In this document: positions 8,165 through 17,839 of the stretch, piece by piece | How positions within the stretch are numbered: the stretch's first letter is position 1 | Layout: each line of letters starts with the position of its first letter | From: Thermomicrobiales bacterium | GTDB taxonomy: Bacteria > Chloroflexota > Chloroflexia > Thermomicrobiales > CFX8 | Length of the DNA: 64,000 nucleotides | Assembly (NCBI GenBank): GCA_041390865.1 | Contig: JAWKPC010000002.1 | Span: 68,031 to 132,030, forward strand | Direction of reading: 5' to 3' | The notes under the pieces: model-generated | The model's input: the letters and a program-made list of their open reading frames with translations, nothing else | Databases searched by the model: none | What the model was told of the DNA's origin: nothing | Program-made: the position numbers and the translations under genes

Positions 8165-11100
8165 TCGCCGTCCATCACCGAATCGACGGTGCTGCTCGAA
8201 CGGGCCATTGTCCGCAGCTGAGCGGCGATCAACGCGGAATACAAACCATCCATCGCCAGGAGCTGCTGATGGGTTCCGGACTCGACAATCCGTCCTTCGT
8301 TGAGGACGAGGATCTTGTCGGCGTTGCGGATCGTCGAGAGCCGGTGGGCGATCACCAGCGTCGTTCGGCCGCGCCGCAGCGTGTCCAGCGCCTGCCGAAC
8401 TTCCATCTCGTTTACTGCGTCGAGGTGCGATGTCGCCTCATCGAGAATCAGAATCGGCGCGTCTTTGAGCAACGCCCGCGCGATCGCGACGCGCTGCCGC
8501 TGTCCGCCCGAGAGCTGGAGGCCCCGTTCACCGACAAGCGTCTCGTACCCGTCCGGCATCTGCCGGACAAAGCTCTCGACGTTCGCGAGCTTGACCGCTT
8601 CCCTGACGGCGGCGTCGCTCGCCTCCGGATTCCCGATCTTGAGATTGTTCCAGAGCGTATCGTGGAACAGATAGGTGTCCTGGGCAACGATGGCGATCTC
8701 TCCGCGCAGATCGTCGAGCGGGAAAGCCCTGATATCGCGCCCGTCAATCCGGATGCGGCCCCACTCCGGATCCCAGTAGCGTAGAAGCAGATGCGCCAGC
8801 GTCGATTTGCCGGCGCCCGAGCCACCGACCAGCGCGATCGTCTGGCCCGGCTCGATCTGGAAGCTGACGTCGCGAAGGGCAGGCCGCTCCTGCTTCCCGT
8901 ACCGGAACGACACCGACTCATAGGCGACATGGCGACCGCGGTCGGTCGGCGGGAGATTCGCGCCCGACCCATCGGTGACAGCTGGAACCGCGTCCTCGAT
9001 CTGGAAATAGCGCCGGGCGGCGGCGTCCGTCTCGGCCAGTTCCTTGACGACCGTCGCAAGGTTGGCAATCGGCGCGAATGACGAGAGGGCCAGCAAGGTT
9101 GCGACCGGCAACGTCGTCCGGGCGATATCGCCCTGGCTGACGTGCCAGGCCCCGAGGGTCAGCACCGCCAGGCTGCCCAGGCCGGTCAGCGATTCGAGCA
9201 CCGCAAATTGAAGCGACTGCTGGCTCAGCAGGATGTGTTTCAGGTGCGCCAGCCGGGTGCCGCGGACGCGGATCTCGCCGTTTCGCTCCGGTCCGTAGCC
9301 GAAGGCGGCGATCGTCCGCAGTCCCTGAACGCTGTCAACCATGTATGACGTGACGTCGGCATTCTGCTCCCGCAGCTCCATACCGATCCGCTCGATATAG
9401 CGGCCCTGCAGCATCGGCGTGACCGCGACGGCTAGCAGGAATGGCAGGAGGATCAGCGCCAGAGACAGGTGTATGTAGGCGAGGCCGATCAGAACACCGG
9501 CCGGGACGATGATCGCGAGCAATCCAGGAACAAGCGTGTGCGCGTAGTACAGCTCGATCAGCTCGACATCACCGACGGCGGCCCCGAGCAGGTCGCCGGA
9601 TCGCCGGCGGAGCAGGTAGGACGGGGCAAGGCGGTCAAGGACGTCGTAGAGCTTGATCCGCATCTCAGCCAGCAGGCGATAGGCAAGATCGTGGGCTAGC
9701 CAGACATCCAGATAGGTGAAGATAGCGGTCAATGGAATCAGCGCGATCAGTGCCCAGAGGAGCACTGTCAGATCCTCGCCCCGGAACACGCGGCCCACGA
9801 GCAGCGCGCCGACCAGTCCGACCGCGACGAGAGAAATCGCGTGGAGCAGCCCGGACGCCACGACGGCTGCGAGTTCGCCGGGCCAGGGTTTCACCAGCAC
9901 AAAGAGGCGTCGCCATATCTCGGCTATGCCATAGGACGGGGCCTGCTCCGAATGCCTCGTGGAATCGATAGCATCCCCGGCAGCGCCATCATCCTGTCCG
10001 GGTGATTCTGCGCCGCGCCGCGACGAGGTCAGCGTCACCTCGACCCATGGTTCACTCTCCGCTTCGGCGTCCCGTTGCGCCTCGATTAGTGACGCGTAGA
10101 TTCCATTTTGCTCGACAAGCTCGGCATGCGTGCCCGTCTCGACGATTCGCCCTTCATCGAGGACGAGGATCTCGTCGGCATTGATCACGCTCGACAGGCG
10201 ATGGGCGATGACGAGCGTCGTTCGCCCCTCCTGCAAGCGCTCGATCGCCTCCTGGATGATCGCCTCGTTCTCGGCATCGACGCTCGAAAGCGCTTCGTCG
10301 AGTATCAGAATCGGCGCATCCTTCAGCAGAGCCCGAGCAATCGCGATCCGCTGCCGCTGACCGCCGGACAGGCGCGTTCCGCGTTCCCCGATGTGGGTGC
10401 TGAGCCCGTCCGGCAGACTGTTGACGAAATCGGTCGCATTGGCGGCGGCCAGAGCCTCGCCGATCTCGAGTGTCGTCGCGTCCGGCCGGGCGATGAGCAG
10501 GTTCTCCCGCACGGTGCCGTCGAACAGATAGGTTTCCTGGGTCACAACCGAGATGCGGTCCCGAACCCATTCCAGCGGCAGATCCCGCAGATCATGGCCG
10601 GACATCGTGACCCGTCCCTGGACAGGATCGACGAAGCGCAGCAAAAGCGACACGAGCGTCGACTTGCCGGCCCCACTCGGCCCCACAACGGCGATCGTCT
10701 TGCCGGGCTCGAGATTGAACGAGACATCGGCAACGGCTGTGCCCCGGCGGGTGCCGTAGCTGAAGGTCACATCCTCGAAACGCATTTCCGGAACAAAATC
10801 GTCGGGGACCGGAGCAGCGGGATTGTCTTTGATCTCCGGTTCGGAATCGAGAAGGTCGTAGATCGTCTTGGCGGCAGCCGATCCCAGCATCCCCTGATGG
10901 TAAACGCGGGTGAGCTGCTGGAGCGGGCGGAAGACCTCGACGCCCAGCATCAAGGTCACGAGAAGCGGCCGCAACTCGAGATCGCCCTGCTCGACCCGGA
11001 CCGCGCCCCAGCTCAGCGCCACCGCGGATCCAGCGGTGATGCCAAGCATCGTGATCCCGGTCGTCCCGATGTTAATCGCCAGCACGTTCATGATTGTGTG

Positions 11101-11787
11101 GAACACGTTCCGGGAGCGTTCCGCCAGCCGCTCTCCCCAACGCCCGCTCTGACCAAACACCTTGAGCGTCGGGAGCCCTTGCATGGCATCCAGGAACTCG
11201 GCGCTGAGCTCGTTCTGCGCCGTCCGCATCTTGTGACTGCGCCGCTCGTTGATCCGGTGAAATCCGAACGGAGCGAGGAGGGTGAAGATTGCGAAGACGA
11301 AGAAGATGATCGCCGTCTGGAGATCGAGCGGCGCCATGAAGGCGAACAGCACGAACGGCGTGATCAGCCCGGTAACGAAAAGCGGCAGGTAGCGGCCAAA
11401 GAAGACGTCGAGCCGCTCGACGCTCTCGACCAACGCGTTGACCGCGTCGCCGGTGCGCCGCTGGTCGAAGTGCCCGGCGCCGAGCTGGAGAACATGGGCG
11501 TAAATGCGCTCGCGCAGCTCGACCTTCATCCGCGCCGCGGTGCGGTCGGCGATCTCGTCGCGGAAGTATTCGAGGACGTTTCGCACGATGATAAGGGTAC
11601 CGATGAGGAAGATCAGCGGGATGATCGCATCGAAGGGATCACCCTGGAACACGCCGAAGAGCGCGTTCGCGGTCACTTTGAGCCGCCAGACCGCGACCGG
11701 CACGCCAACCATACCGATGAGAGCCGCGAGCGCGATGCGCCAGCGGACACCCTTCGTCATCTCGAAAAGTCGCCGGTCAAAATGCAA
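8161..11787 (-). CDS. Fused ABC exporter (TMD-NBD-TMD-NBD in one polypeptide), CydD/CydC-like
   Basis: Two Walker A motifs (GPSGAGKSTL, GGSGAGKSTL), two signature motifs (LSGGQRQR) and two Walker B motifs (ILILDEA) are present. Each NBD follows a multi-helix TM block. The N-termini of both halves (FDRRLFEMTKG..., IWRRLFVLVKPWPGE...) resemble CydD and CydC starts. The start is a TTG. Confidence 0.8.
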   Translation of the reverse strand: MHFDRRLFEMTKGVRWRIALAALIGMVGVPVAVWRLKVTANALFGVFQGDPFDAIIPLIFLIGTLIIVRNVLEYFRDEIADRTAARMKVELRERIYAHVLQLGAGHFDQRRTGDAVNALVESVERLDVFFGRYLPLFVTGLITPFVLFAFMAPLDLQTAIIFFVFAIFTLLAPFGFHRINERRSHKMRTAQNELSAEFLDAMQGLPTLKVFGQSGRWGERLAERSRNVFHTIMNVLAINIGTTGITMLGITAGSAVALSWGAVRVEQGDLELRPLLVTLMLGVEVFRPLQQLTRVYHQGMLGSAAAKTIYDLLDSEPEIKDNPAAPVPDDFVPEMRFEDVTFSYGTRRGTAVADVSFNLEPGKTIAVVGPSGAGKSTLVSLLLRFVDPVQGRVTMSGHDLRDLPLEWVRDRISVVTQETYLFDGTVRENLLIARPDATTLEIGEALAAANATDFVNSLPDGLSTHIGERGTRLSGGQRQRIAIARALLKDAPILILDEALSSVDAENEAIIQEAIERLQEGRTTLVIAHRLSSVINADEILVLDEGRIVETGTHAELVEQNGIYASLIEAQRDAEAESEPWVEVTLTSSRRGAESPGQDDGAAGDAIDSTRHSEQAPSYGIAEIWRRLFVLVKPWPGELAAVVASGLLHAISLVAVGLVGALLVGRVFRGEDLTVLLWALIALIPLTAIFTYLDVWLAHDLAYRLLAEMRIKLYDVLDRLAPSYLLRRRSGDLLGAAVGDVELIELYYAHTLVPGLLAIIVPAGVLIGLAYIHLSLALILLPFLLAVAVTPMLQGRYIERIGMELREQNADVTSYMVDSVQGLRTIAAFGYGPERNGEIRVRGTRLAHLKHILLSQQSLQFAVLESLTGLGSLAVLTLGAWHVSQGDIARTTLPVATLLALSSFAPIANLATVVKELAETDAAARRYFQIEDAVPAVTDGSGANLPPTDRGRHVAYESVSFRYGKQERPALRDVSFQIEPGQTIALVGGSGAGKSTLAHLLLRYWDPEWGRIRIDGRDIRAFPLDDLRGEIAIVAQDTYLFHDTLWNNLKIGNPEASDAAVREAVKLANVESFVRQMPDGYETLVGERGLQLSGGQRQRVAIARALLKDAPILILDEATSHLDAVNEMEVRQALDTLRRGRTTLVIAHRLSTIRNADKILVLNEGRIVESGTHQQLLAMDGLYSALIAAQLRTMARSSSTVDSVMDGD

Positions 11788-11983
11788 TCGAGCGGGCCTT
11801 GCTTTCCAGGGCGCGCGATCCTGCTGCCGGAGCTAAGGGTAGCAGTTTGCCCTCAGCGAGAGATGGGAAGAATCACGTAGGCGAAGCGGTCCGCTCCCGG
11901 CCGGCAATTGTCCTGGCCAGATAGGCTTGCGATTCCGGACGATCCGCCGGGACCGTGGCTTCAACGGCCGCAGTCAAGAACAC

Positions 11984-12024
11984 AGAGAAGGAGCCCCGCT
12001 AGCAACCAGCGGGGCTCCTTCTCT
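11984..12024 (-). terminator. Perfect 17-bp stem hairpin after the TadG-like gene
   Basis: AGAGAAGGAGCCCCGCT / AGCGGGGCTCCTTCTCT with a 7-nt loop, 30 nt past the stop codon at 12055. On the minus strand a partially T-rich stretch (GTGTTCTTG) follows. Confidence 0.6.
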
Positions 12025-12054
12025 GCCTATTGTTAGGCCCGGTTCGCTACGAGG

Positions 12055-13959
12055 CTACTCGACCAGTGCCACCACCGGGACCTGCATCTCCACATATTTG
12101 ACGTACTCGATGTCGGTGCTGTTGCTGCCGCTGAGCTGGAAGCGGTCGGCGATGAGCTGGCCGCGCCAGGCTTTGCCGTTACTGGCTCCACCCATGACGA
12201 GCGGAGAGCTCGGAAGGTAGACGATGCCGGTACTGACCGTCGACGTCGTTCCGAACCACTGGAACGTGGCAGTGTTTGCGCGGTCGGAGTACATATAGAC
12301 GCCCGGGTAGAAGCCAGTGTAGATCTCGGTGTCGAGCGCAGTAAACGCGAAGGACGCGCTACCGGTCGAGAAGACCCGTCCGCCGTTCTTGAAGTACAGA
12401 AAGACGCCTTCACCAACGATCGTCGCGCTGCCGGTGTTGATCATCGAGCCGCGATCGAAGTAGTACTCGCCGGACGGAACGTGGAACGATGTACTGCCGC
12501 TCATGTCGAAGTCGGACATATTGTTCTGCGTCCCGTAGAAGTAGGTCTTGACGTACGGGTTACCGTTCAGCGTCACCCGGGAGCTGCCGGTGAAGCGCAT
12601 GTCAGCGCCGTTCCCGAACCAGAACTCATAGGTGCCGGGCATGAACTCGAGCTGCGCGCTACCCGACATCGAGATTCCGGGGCCGCCATCGAAGATGTAG
12701 GTGCCGGGATAGAGCGTCAGGCGGTTGCTGCCGCCGGTCACGATCCCGCCGCCGCCGGAGAAGTAGAAGTAGTTCTCGTTCTTGTCGACGGCCCCGCCGC
12801 CGAGAATATTGTTCGGGGCGCTGCCGCCGATGCTGATCGTCGCTCCGCCGGTGAATGAGTACATCCCGGCCTCCATCTCGAAGTACGGCGTGCTGCCGTT
12901 GATCGAGATACCCGATCCCCCATCGAAATTGTAAACACCGCCCTCGAATCGAATCCGCTCGTAGGGAAGGCTGATGCCCGCTCCACCCTGGAAACGATAG
13001 TCGCCGTGCGGGAACACGTAGTCGGGACCAGGCTGGCCCTGGATCGTCACGCAACCGGAACCACCGCCGGCGTACCGGCCGGGCGTCGCAAAGTAATCAT
13101 CCGCCTGGGGCGGCGGCCACCAGCCCGGCGTCTGTCCGGTGCAGCTGACATTCGGCGGGTTCACGGTTGGAACGGGGTTGCCCGGGAAGGCAGGCAGGCT
13201 CGGCGGCTCGAGCAATTCGAGCAGCGGATCCGGCACTTCAGGCGCGTTCGGGTTCTCGCCCTTCGCACCATCCAGCACGGTCGAGCCGGCCGTCTGGAAA
13301 CCATCGTTCGCGACAACCCACTCCGAGGCCGTCAGGCGCGTGTTACCGCTGGTGTTGATGTTGTAGTTTGAAACGATACTGCCGCCGATGACGTTCATCC
13401 GGCTGCTTCCTGCGGTCTGGATACCACCCGCATCGGAATTCAAAGCGAGAATACCGGCGCCGAATCCGTCGGCCCCGATCTTCGCCGTCGCGTTGGCCGT
13501 GACGTACCACTCACCGGGATAGACGGCCCCGAGGAAGAACTTGGGAACATCCTTGGTGATGGTTACCTGGTAGTAGTCGTCATCGCCAGCGTAGGTGCCG
13601 GAGGTCGGCGGATTTGCGATCGCGACCTCCGCTGAATCACCGGCGTTCGATTCGCCGTAGTTGATGGCCGTCGTCGTGATCGTATCCCAGCTCGCACCGT
13701 CCATTGCGCCCTTTGCGGCCGCCAGGACTGCCGCGTCAGCCGCGGACTGGGCACTGCGGCGCTCGGAGAGCAAGAAGCCGACATCGAGCGCGAGTGCCAT
13801 CGTCCCGACCAGCACAAAGGACATCAGGGCAAAGAGAACGATCACTTGCCCTTCTTCTTTTCGCTCCGACGACACGGGCGCCCGCCGAGTCGGCTGTCGT
13901 CCAAAGGCGCTGCCGATTCTCGCCAAGCGCTTATCTTTTCCCTCGTATTTTTGGTCCAT
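12055..13959 (-). CDS. TadG/TadE-like (Flp-pilus-associated N-terminal domain) protein with a long Gly-rich beta-helix-type repeat region
   Basis: The N-terminus VIVLFALMSFVLVGTMALALDVGFLLSERRSAQSAADAAVLAAA matches the TadE/G-like membrane anchor. It is followed by reiterated G-x-Y-x-F-x-GG-x-GIS-x-x-GS units. ATG 13959 has an AAGGA 8 nt upstream; the ORF track's 14022 start was not used. Confidence 0.65.
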   Translation of the reverse strand: MDQKYEGKDKRLARIGSAFGRQPTRRAPVSSERKEEGQVIVLFALMSFVLVGTMALALDVGFLLSERRSAQSAADAAVLAAAKGAMDGASWDTITTTAINYGESNAGDSAEVAIANPPTSGTYAGDDDYYQVTITKDVPKFFLGAVYPGEWYVTANATAKIGADGFGAGILALNSDAGGIQTAGSSRMNVIGGSIVSNYNINTSGNTRLTASEWVVANDGFQTAGSTVLDGAKGENPNAPEVPDPLLELLEPPSLPAFPGNPVPTVNPPNVSCTGQTPGWWPPPQADDYFATPGRYAGGGSGCVTIQGQPGPDYVFPHGDYRFQGGAGISLPYERIRFEGGVYNFDGGSGISINGSTPYFEMEAGMYSFTGGATISIGGSAPNNILGGGAVDKNENYFYFSGGGGIVTGGSNRLTLYPGTYIFDGGPGISMSGSAQLEFMPGTYEFWFGNGADMRFTGSSRVTLNGNPYVKTYFYGTQNNMSDFDMSGSTSFHVPSGEYYFDRGSMINTGSATIVGEGVFLYFKNGGRVFSTGSASFAFTALDTEIYTGFYPGVYMYSDRANTATFQWFGTTSTVSTGIVYLPSSPLVMGGASNGKAWRGQLIADRFQLSGSNSTDIEYVKYVEMQVPVVALVE

Positions 13960-14195
13960 CAGCGGCGTCCTTTGCCAGCGAGCCGGAATACCTCTGCAAC
14001 AGTTCCGAACTTGATCCAACACCCGTTAAGCGTAGGATTCCGGGCACCGAAAACTCAGATTCAGAAGCGGGAAACGGGCGTAGTACGATCGGCAAGAAGA
14101 TCGCTACCTTCGACGCCGGGGCACCCGAAAACCAGGACTATTCGGTTATCTGGACCGGCAATGTGTTCGAGTTTGCCGTGAACGCTAATGCGCCC

Positions 14196-14441
14196 TTCAT
14201 GCATCAAGTTAAGGGACGTTGCAGAGAGCAGCGGCCGCTTTCTGCGACCAGCATCCCCGCCGTCTGCCCGGGAACCACACGTCGTCGGTCCAGTAGAGAC
14301 GTGCCGCCGGCGCGTCTCGCTTGCGACACCATCGTGTTTCCGGAAAGCGGCGGTGCTGGTACGGAGACGCGCCAGCGGCACGTCTCTACTGGAGCGTCAG
14401 CGGTCCACTCCCACCGATGAACGCTTAACTTGATGCATGAA
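14196..14441. mobile_element. Non-coding MITE-like element with perfect 18-bp terminal inverted repeats
   Basis: TTCATGCATCAAGTTAAG (14196-14213) is the exact reverse complement of CTTAACTTGATGCATGAA (14424-14441). It is flanked by 17-nt direct repeats TGAACGCTAATGCGCCC (14179-14195) and TGAACGTTAATGCGCCC (14446-14462). No credible ORF lies inside. Confidence 0.55.
14290..14392. repeat. 29-nt inverted repeat pair inside the MITE-like element (GAGACG...CGTCTC palindrome family)
   Basis: CCAGTAGAGACGTGCCGCCGGCGCGTCTC (14290-14318) pairs with GAGACGCGCCAGCGGCACGTCTCTACTGG (14364-14392) with 1 mismatch. The same ~25-nt core recurs at 41802-41896. Confidence 0.8.
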
Positions 14442-14462
14442 ACCCTGAACGTTAATGCGCCC

Positions 14463-15703
14463 CTAGAGGAAGCGAATAGGGTCGAACGGCGTGAGGTTGA
14501 CCGCTGGCGTCTCGTCCGACATCAGGCTGGCAAGGGACGCTGCCGTCGTCGGGGCCAGGGTGATCCCGAGCATCTGATGGCCGGTCGCGATGAAGAGGTT
14601 GTCGCGACCGGGTAGCCTGCCGATCACCGGCAGCCCATCCGGCGTCATCGGACGCATACCGACCCAGCCGCGCATCCGGGAGCCGGAGACTGGTTGGCGG
14701 AGATACCTGTGGACGTTTCTCCAGATCGCATCCACCCGCCGACGGGCGTAACGCAGGTTCACCCGGAGATTTCCATCGTGCCAGCGAATCGCAGCGCGCC
14801 GTCGAAGGGAGTGACTGCCGCGCGCGCTTCGATCAGATCGAGCGGGTGGTTAATAACATAGCTTGGCTCATCGACGGTGATGCTGTAGCCCTTGCCGGCC
14901 TCGATCGGAATCGGGAAACCGGCAAGGCGCGTCAGCTCCCCGGACCAGCCACCAGCCGCGATCACTACACGCTCGGCTTCGATTATCTTGTTCCCGACTC
15001 GTACCGCCGCGATATCTCGCCCATCCGAAACGAAGCCGGTGACCGTGCTATCGGTCCTGATCTCCCCACCGGAACGCTCGACGCCAGCCACCAGACCGGC
15101 GACGAGAGTCTCCGGCCGGACATGGCGATCGTCGGAGATCAAGACGCCGCCGGCGACATCATAGGAGAGCATCGGCTCAATATCCCGGACCTCGGCTCCT
15201 CCGAGTCGCTTAGCGGGGTTGTAGCCGATCGTACTGAGGATCTCCGTCTCTTCAAGATGATGATCGAGGACGCCGTCACTGAACCCCAGGACGAGGAGGC
15301 CGGCCGATTCCATCTCGAACTCGACGCCTTGTTCCCGGAGCCGGTCGAAACCGTCCATCGCTCCGGTTGCCAGATCGAGCAGCGCCGCCCGGCCGGAGCG
15401 GTAATCCTGCTCCCTGCAGGCGCGAAAGAATGACCAGAGCCAGCGTATGAAACCCGGGTCGAGCCGGGGCTTGATGTAGAGCGGGCTGTCCGGATCGGCC
15501 ATCCACTTGAGCGCGGTGCGCGGCAATCCGGGAGCGGCGACCGGCGTCGCCACCGACGGAACGACCCAACCGGCGTTCCCTGCCGAGCTGCCCGCGCCGG
15601 GGTGCTTCCGATCCACCACGATGACATCGTCTCCTCGCTGCCCTAGCTCGAAGGCGAGCGCCAATCCGATGACTCCACCACCGATGATGACCGTCCGCGC
15701 CAC
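14463..15703 (-). pseudogene. FAD-dependent oxidoreductase of the DAO/D-amino-acid dehydrogenase (DadA-like) family, split into 314-aa and 99-aa ORFs by a frameshift
   Basis: The N-terminus has VIIGGGVIGLALAFEL. The two ORFs overlap in GTGA (14759-14762). The junction ...RFAGTMEISG / VNLRYARRR...WVGMRPMTPDGLPVIG...ATGHQMLG is colinear with a single DadA-type chain. The break lies next to a GGG run. Confidence 0.7.
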
Positions 15704-15853
15704 GACTCACACTCCCCGGTTCCTGTTCGAGACTTCGGGTTCCACTCATCAAGAGAGACTAGCAGAAGTGCGGCAAGGAACTGCACGCGATACCCGGGTT
15801 CGGGTATCCTGCCTGCCATCGTCTATCTGTGTTTGGGAGAGGAACGAGTGCCG

Positions 15854-16354
15854 ATGGACAGTCGGGGATATCAGCTCGCGAATGCATTCGACGCCGCTAC
15901 GGACCGGCTCGTCGAACGGATTCGTTCGATGTCCGATACGCAGTGGACAGCGAAAGCGAGCGGTGAAGAATGGACGGTCGCTCAGGAAGCGCTCCATCTC
16001 GGCATCTGGATGGATATCGAAGGTGACTGGTACGCCCGGCTCGCGAACGGCAAAGCGGCCCTGCCACTGTCGAAGGACGCCGCCGACCGGATCAACGCCT
16101 GGCTCATCGCGGAGAATCCCGAGCCCACCCGAGAACAGGTGCTGCTCTCTATCGCCGGCAACCGGACGCTCGTTCGCCACCTCCTGATCGGGCTCAGCGA
16201 TGACCAGCTGGCCCGGACGATCCCGCTTGGTAAGGCGTTCGTCAGCGGAAGCAACGACGTTGAGATTTCCCTGGATGATCTCGCGAACCGCATGCTCGTG
16301 GGCCATGTGGAGAATCATCTCCAGACAATTGAAGCAACGATTGCGTCAGCCTAG
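15854..16354 (+). CDS. DinB-like / mycothiol-dependent-enzyme-like four-helix-bundle protein
   Basis: A helical protein with H-containing motifs (EALHLGIW, VGHVENHL) typical of the DinB_2 superfamily. ATG 15854 follows GGGAGAGGAA. The family call is tentative. Confidence 0.45.
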   Translation: MDSRGYQLANAFDAATDRLVERIRSMSDTQWTAKASGEEWTVAQEALHLGIWMDIEGDWYARLANGKAALPLSKDAADRINAWLIAENPEPTREQVLLSIAGNRTLVRHLLIGLSDDQLARTIPLGKAFVSGSNDVEISLDDLANRMLVGHVENHLQTIEATIASA

Positions 16355-16445
16355 CGCGGAATTGATATACTGAAGTCTTACTGGAACGTTAAGTGCAGCT
16401 TTACGTTTCTGGTTCTGAACACGACAACAACTTCATGGATAGAGC

Positions 16446-17759
16446 ATGACACAGACGAACGAAACCGCTACCGACGCAGACTCCTCGACCTTATCGAAAC
16501 GACTTTCGGGCTCCCGCCTCTTCAACTCCGGTGGCATGTTCAAGTCATTGCATATCTACCAGTTCCGGATCCTGTGGTTCGGGATGCTCTTCTCGATGGC
16601 AGCGATGCAGATGAACATGGTCTCGCGCTCGTGGCTGGCCTATGACATTACCGGATCGGGCTTCGCAATCGGCCTTGTCGCCCTGGCGATGGGAATACCG
16701 CGGTTCTTCATCGCGCCGTTCGGCGGTGTCGCCGCCGACCGCTTCGAGAAGCGAACTTTGCTCGTCGGCACCCAGATCGTGCGCATTGGTATGGCGCTAT
16801 CGATCGCCCTGCTCGTCACGTTCAATATGATCGAGATCTGGCATCTTATGGTCGTCGGCGTCTTCCAGGGGCTGACCGCATCGTTCATGATGCCGGCCCG
16901 GACCGCGTTCATCTCCGACCTCGTCGATGATGACGAATTGCCCAACGCGATCGCACTCGATTCGACGGGCCGGAATCTGAACCGGGTCGTCGCGCCCGCG
17001 CTTGCAGGCGTCCTTATCTGGTTCTTCCCGGCGCTCGTCTTTTACGCCATCGCCGCCTTCTATGCGGTCGGCGTCTTCACAATCCTGAAGCTTCCAGAAT
17101 CGAAACCGCAGGAAGCGTCGACGCAGAGCGTCTTCCAGGACGCGGCCCAGGGATTCGGCTACCTCTGGTCGCAGAAGTCGCTGCTGATCCTGCTCGGCCT
17201 CTCGATCACCGTGATCTTCTTCGGTATGCCGTTCCGCAGCCTGCTGACGGTCTTCCAGAAGGATGTATTCGAAGTCGGTCCTTCGGCGCTCGGCATCATG
17301 TACACGGCTATCGGCGTCGGTGCGATCGGCGCGTCGCTCCTGGTCGCCTATCTCTCCGATTCCTCCAGGAAGCAGCAGATTCTTCTCGGTTCGGGAGTCG
17401 GATTCGGCGTGTCGCTCTCGATTTTCGCGATGAGCGGGAGCTACATGTTCGGCCTGATGATGCTGGTTATCGTTGGGTTCGCCAGCCAGATGTTCCTGAC
17501 GATGAACAAGACGATGCTGATGGTAGCGTCGGACCGCGCCTACTACGGGCGGATCATGAGCATCTACATGATGGGCTTCTCGCTCATGCCAATCGCACTG
17601 TTGCCGATGGGTGCCGCCGTCGACGCCATCGGCGCGCCGACGACCGTCGCCGCCGCCGGTCTGATGATCATCACGGTCATTGTCGTCACTGGTGCGATCC
17701 AGACGTTCCGGAATCGCTCACGGCAGGCGCTGCTCGTCCCGACCAAGTCGAACACGTGA
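16446..17759 (+). CDS. MFS transporter
   Basis: About 12 hydrophobic helices and an MFS loop motif (GGVAADRFEKR) between TM2 and TM3. An AT-rich leader lies upstream. Confidence 0.85.
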   Translation: MTQTNETATDADSSTLSKRLSGSRLFNSGGMFKSLHIYQFRILWFGMLFSMAAMQMNMVSRSWLAYDITGSGFAIGLVALAMGIPRFFIAPFGGVAADRFEKRTLLVGTQIVRIGMALSIALLVTFNMIEIWHLMVVGVFQGLTASFMMPARTAFISDLVDDDELPNAIALDSTGRNLNRVVAPALAGVLIWFFPALVFYAIAAFYAVGVFTILKLPESKPQEASTQSVFQDAAQGFGYLWSQKSLLILLGLSITVIFFGMPFRSLLTVFQKDVFEVGPSALGIMYTAIGVGAIGASLLVAYLSDSSRKQQILLGSGVGFGVSLSIFAMSGSYMFGLMMLVIVGFASQMFLTMNKTMLMVASDRAYYGRIMSIYMMGFSLMPIALLPMGAAVDAIGAPTTVAAAGLMIITVIVVTGAIQTFRNRSRQALLVPTKSNT

Positions 17760-17839
17760 CCTCACGGGGATCAGTCATCCGGTGACGCTGTTTCAGTCGG
17801 GCCCAGTCCAGAACTGCTGACAACCGCCCGGTGACGCTC

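Noticed and set aside
17779-17838. 11-nt direct repeat CCGGTGACGCT occurring twice (17779-17789, 17828-17838) in the convergent gap after the MFS gene.
   Set aside because: The repeat is short, GC-rich and has only two copies. This is within chance expectation and there is no associated structure.
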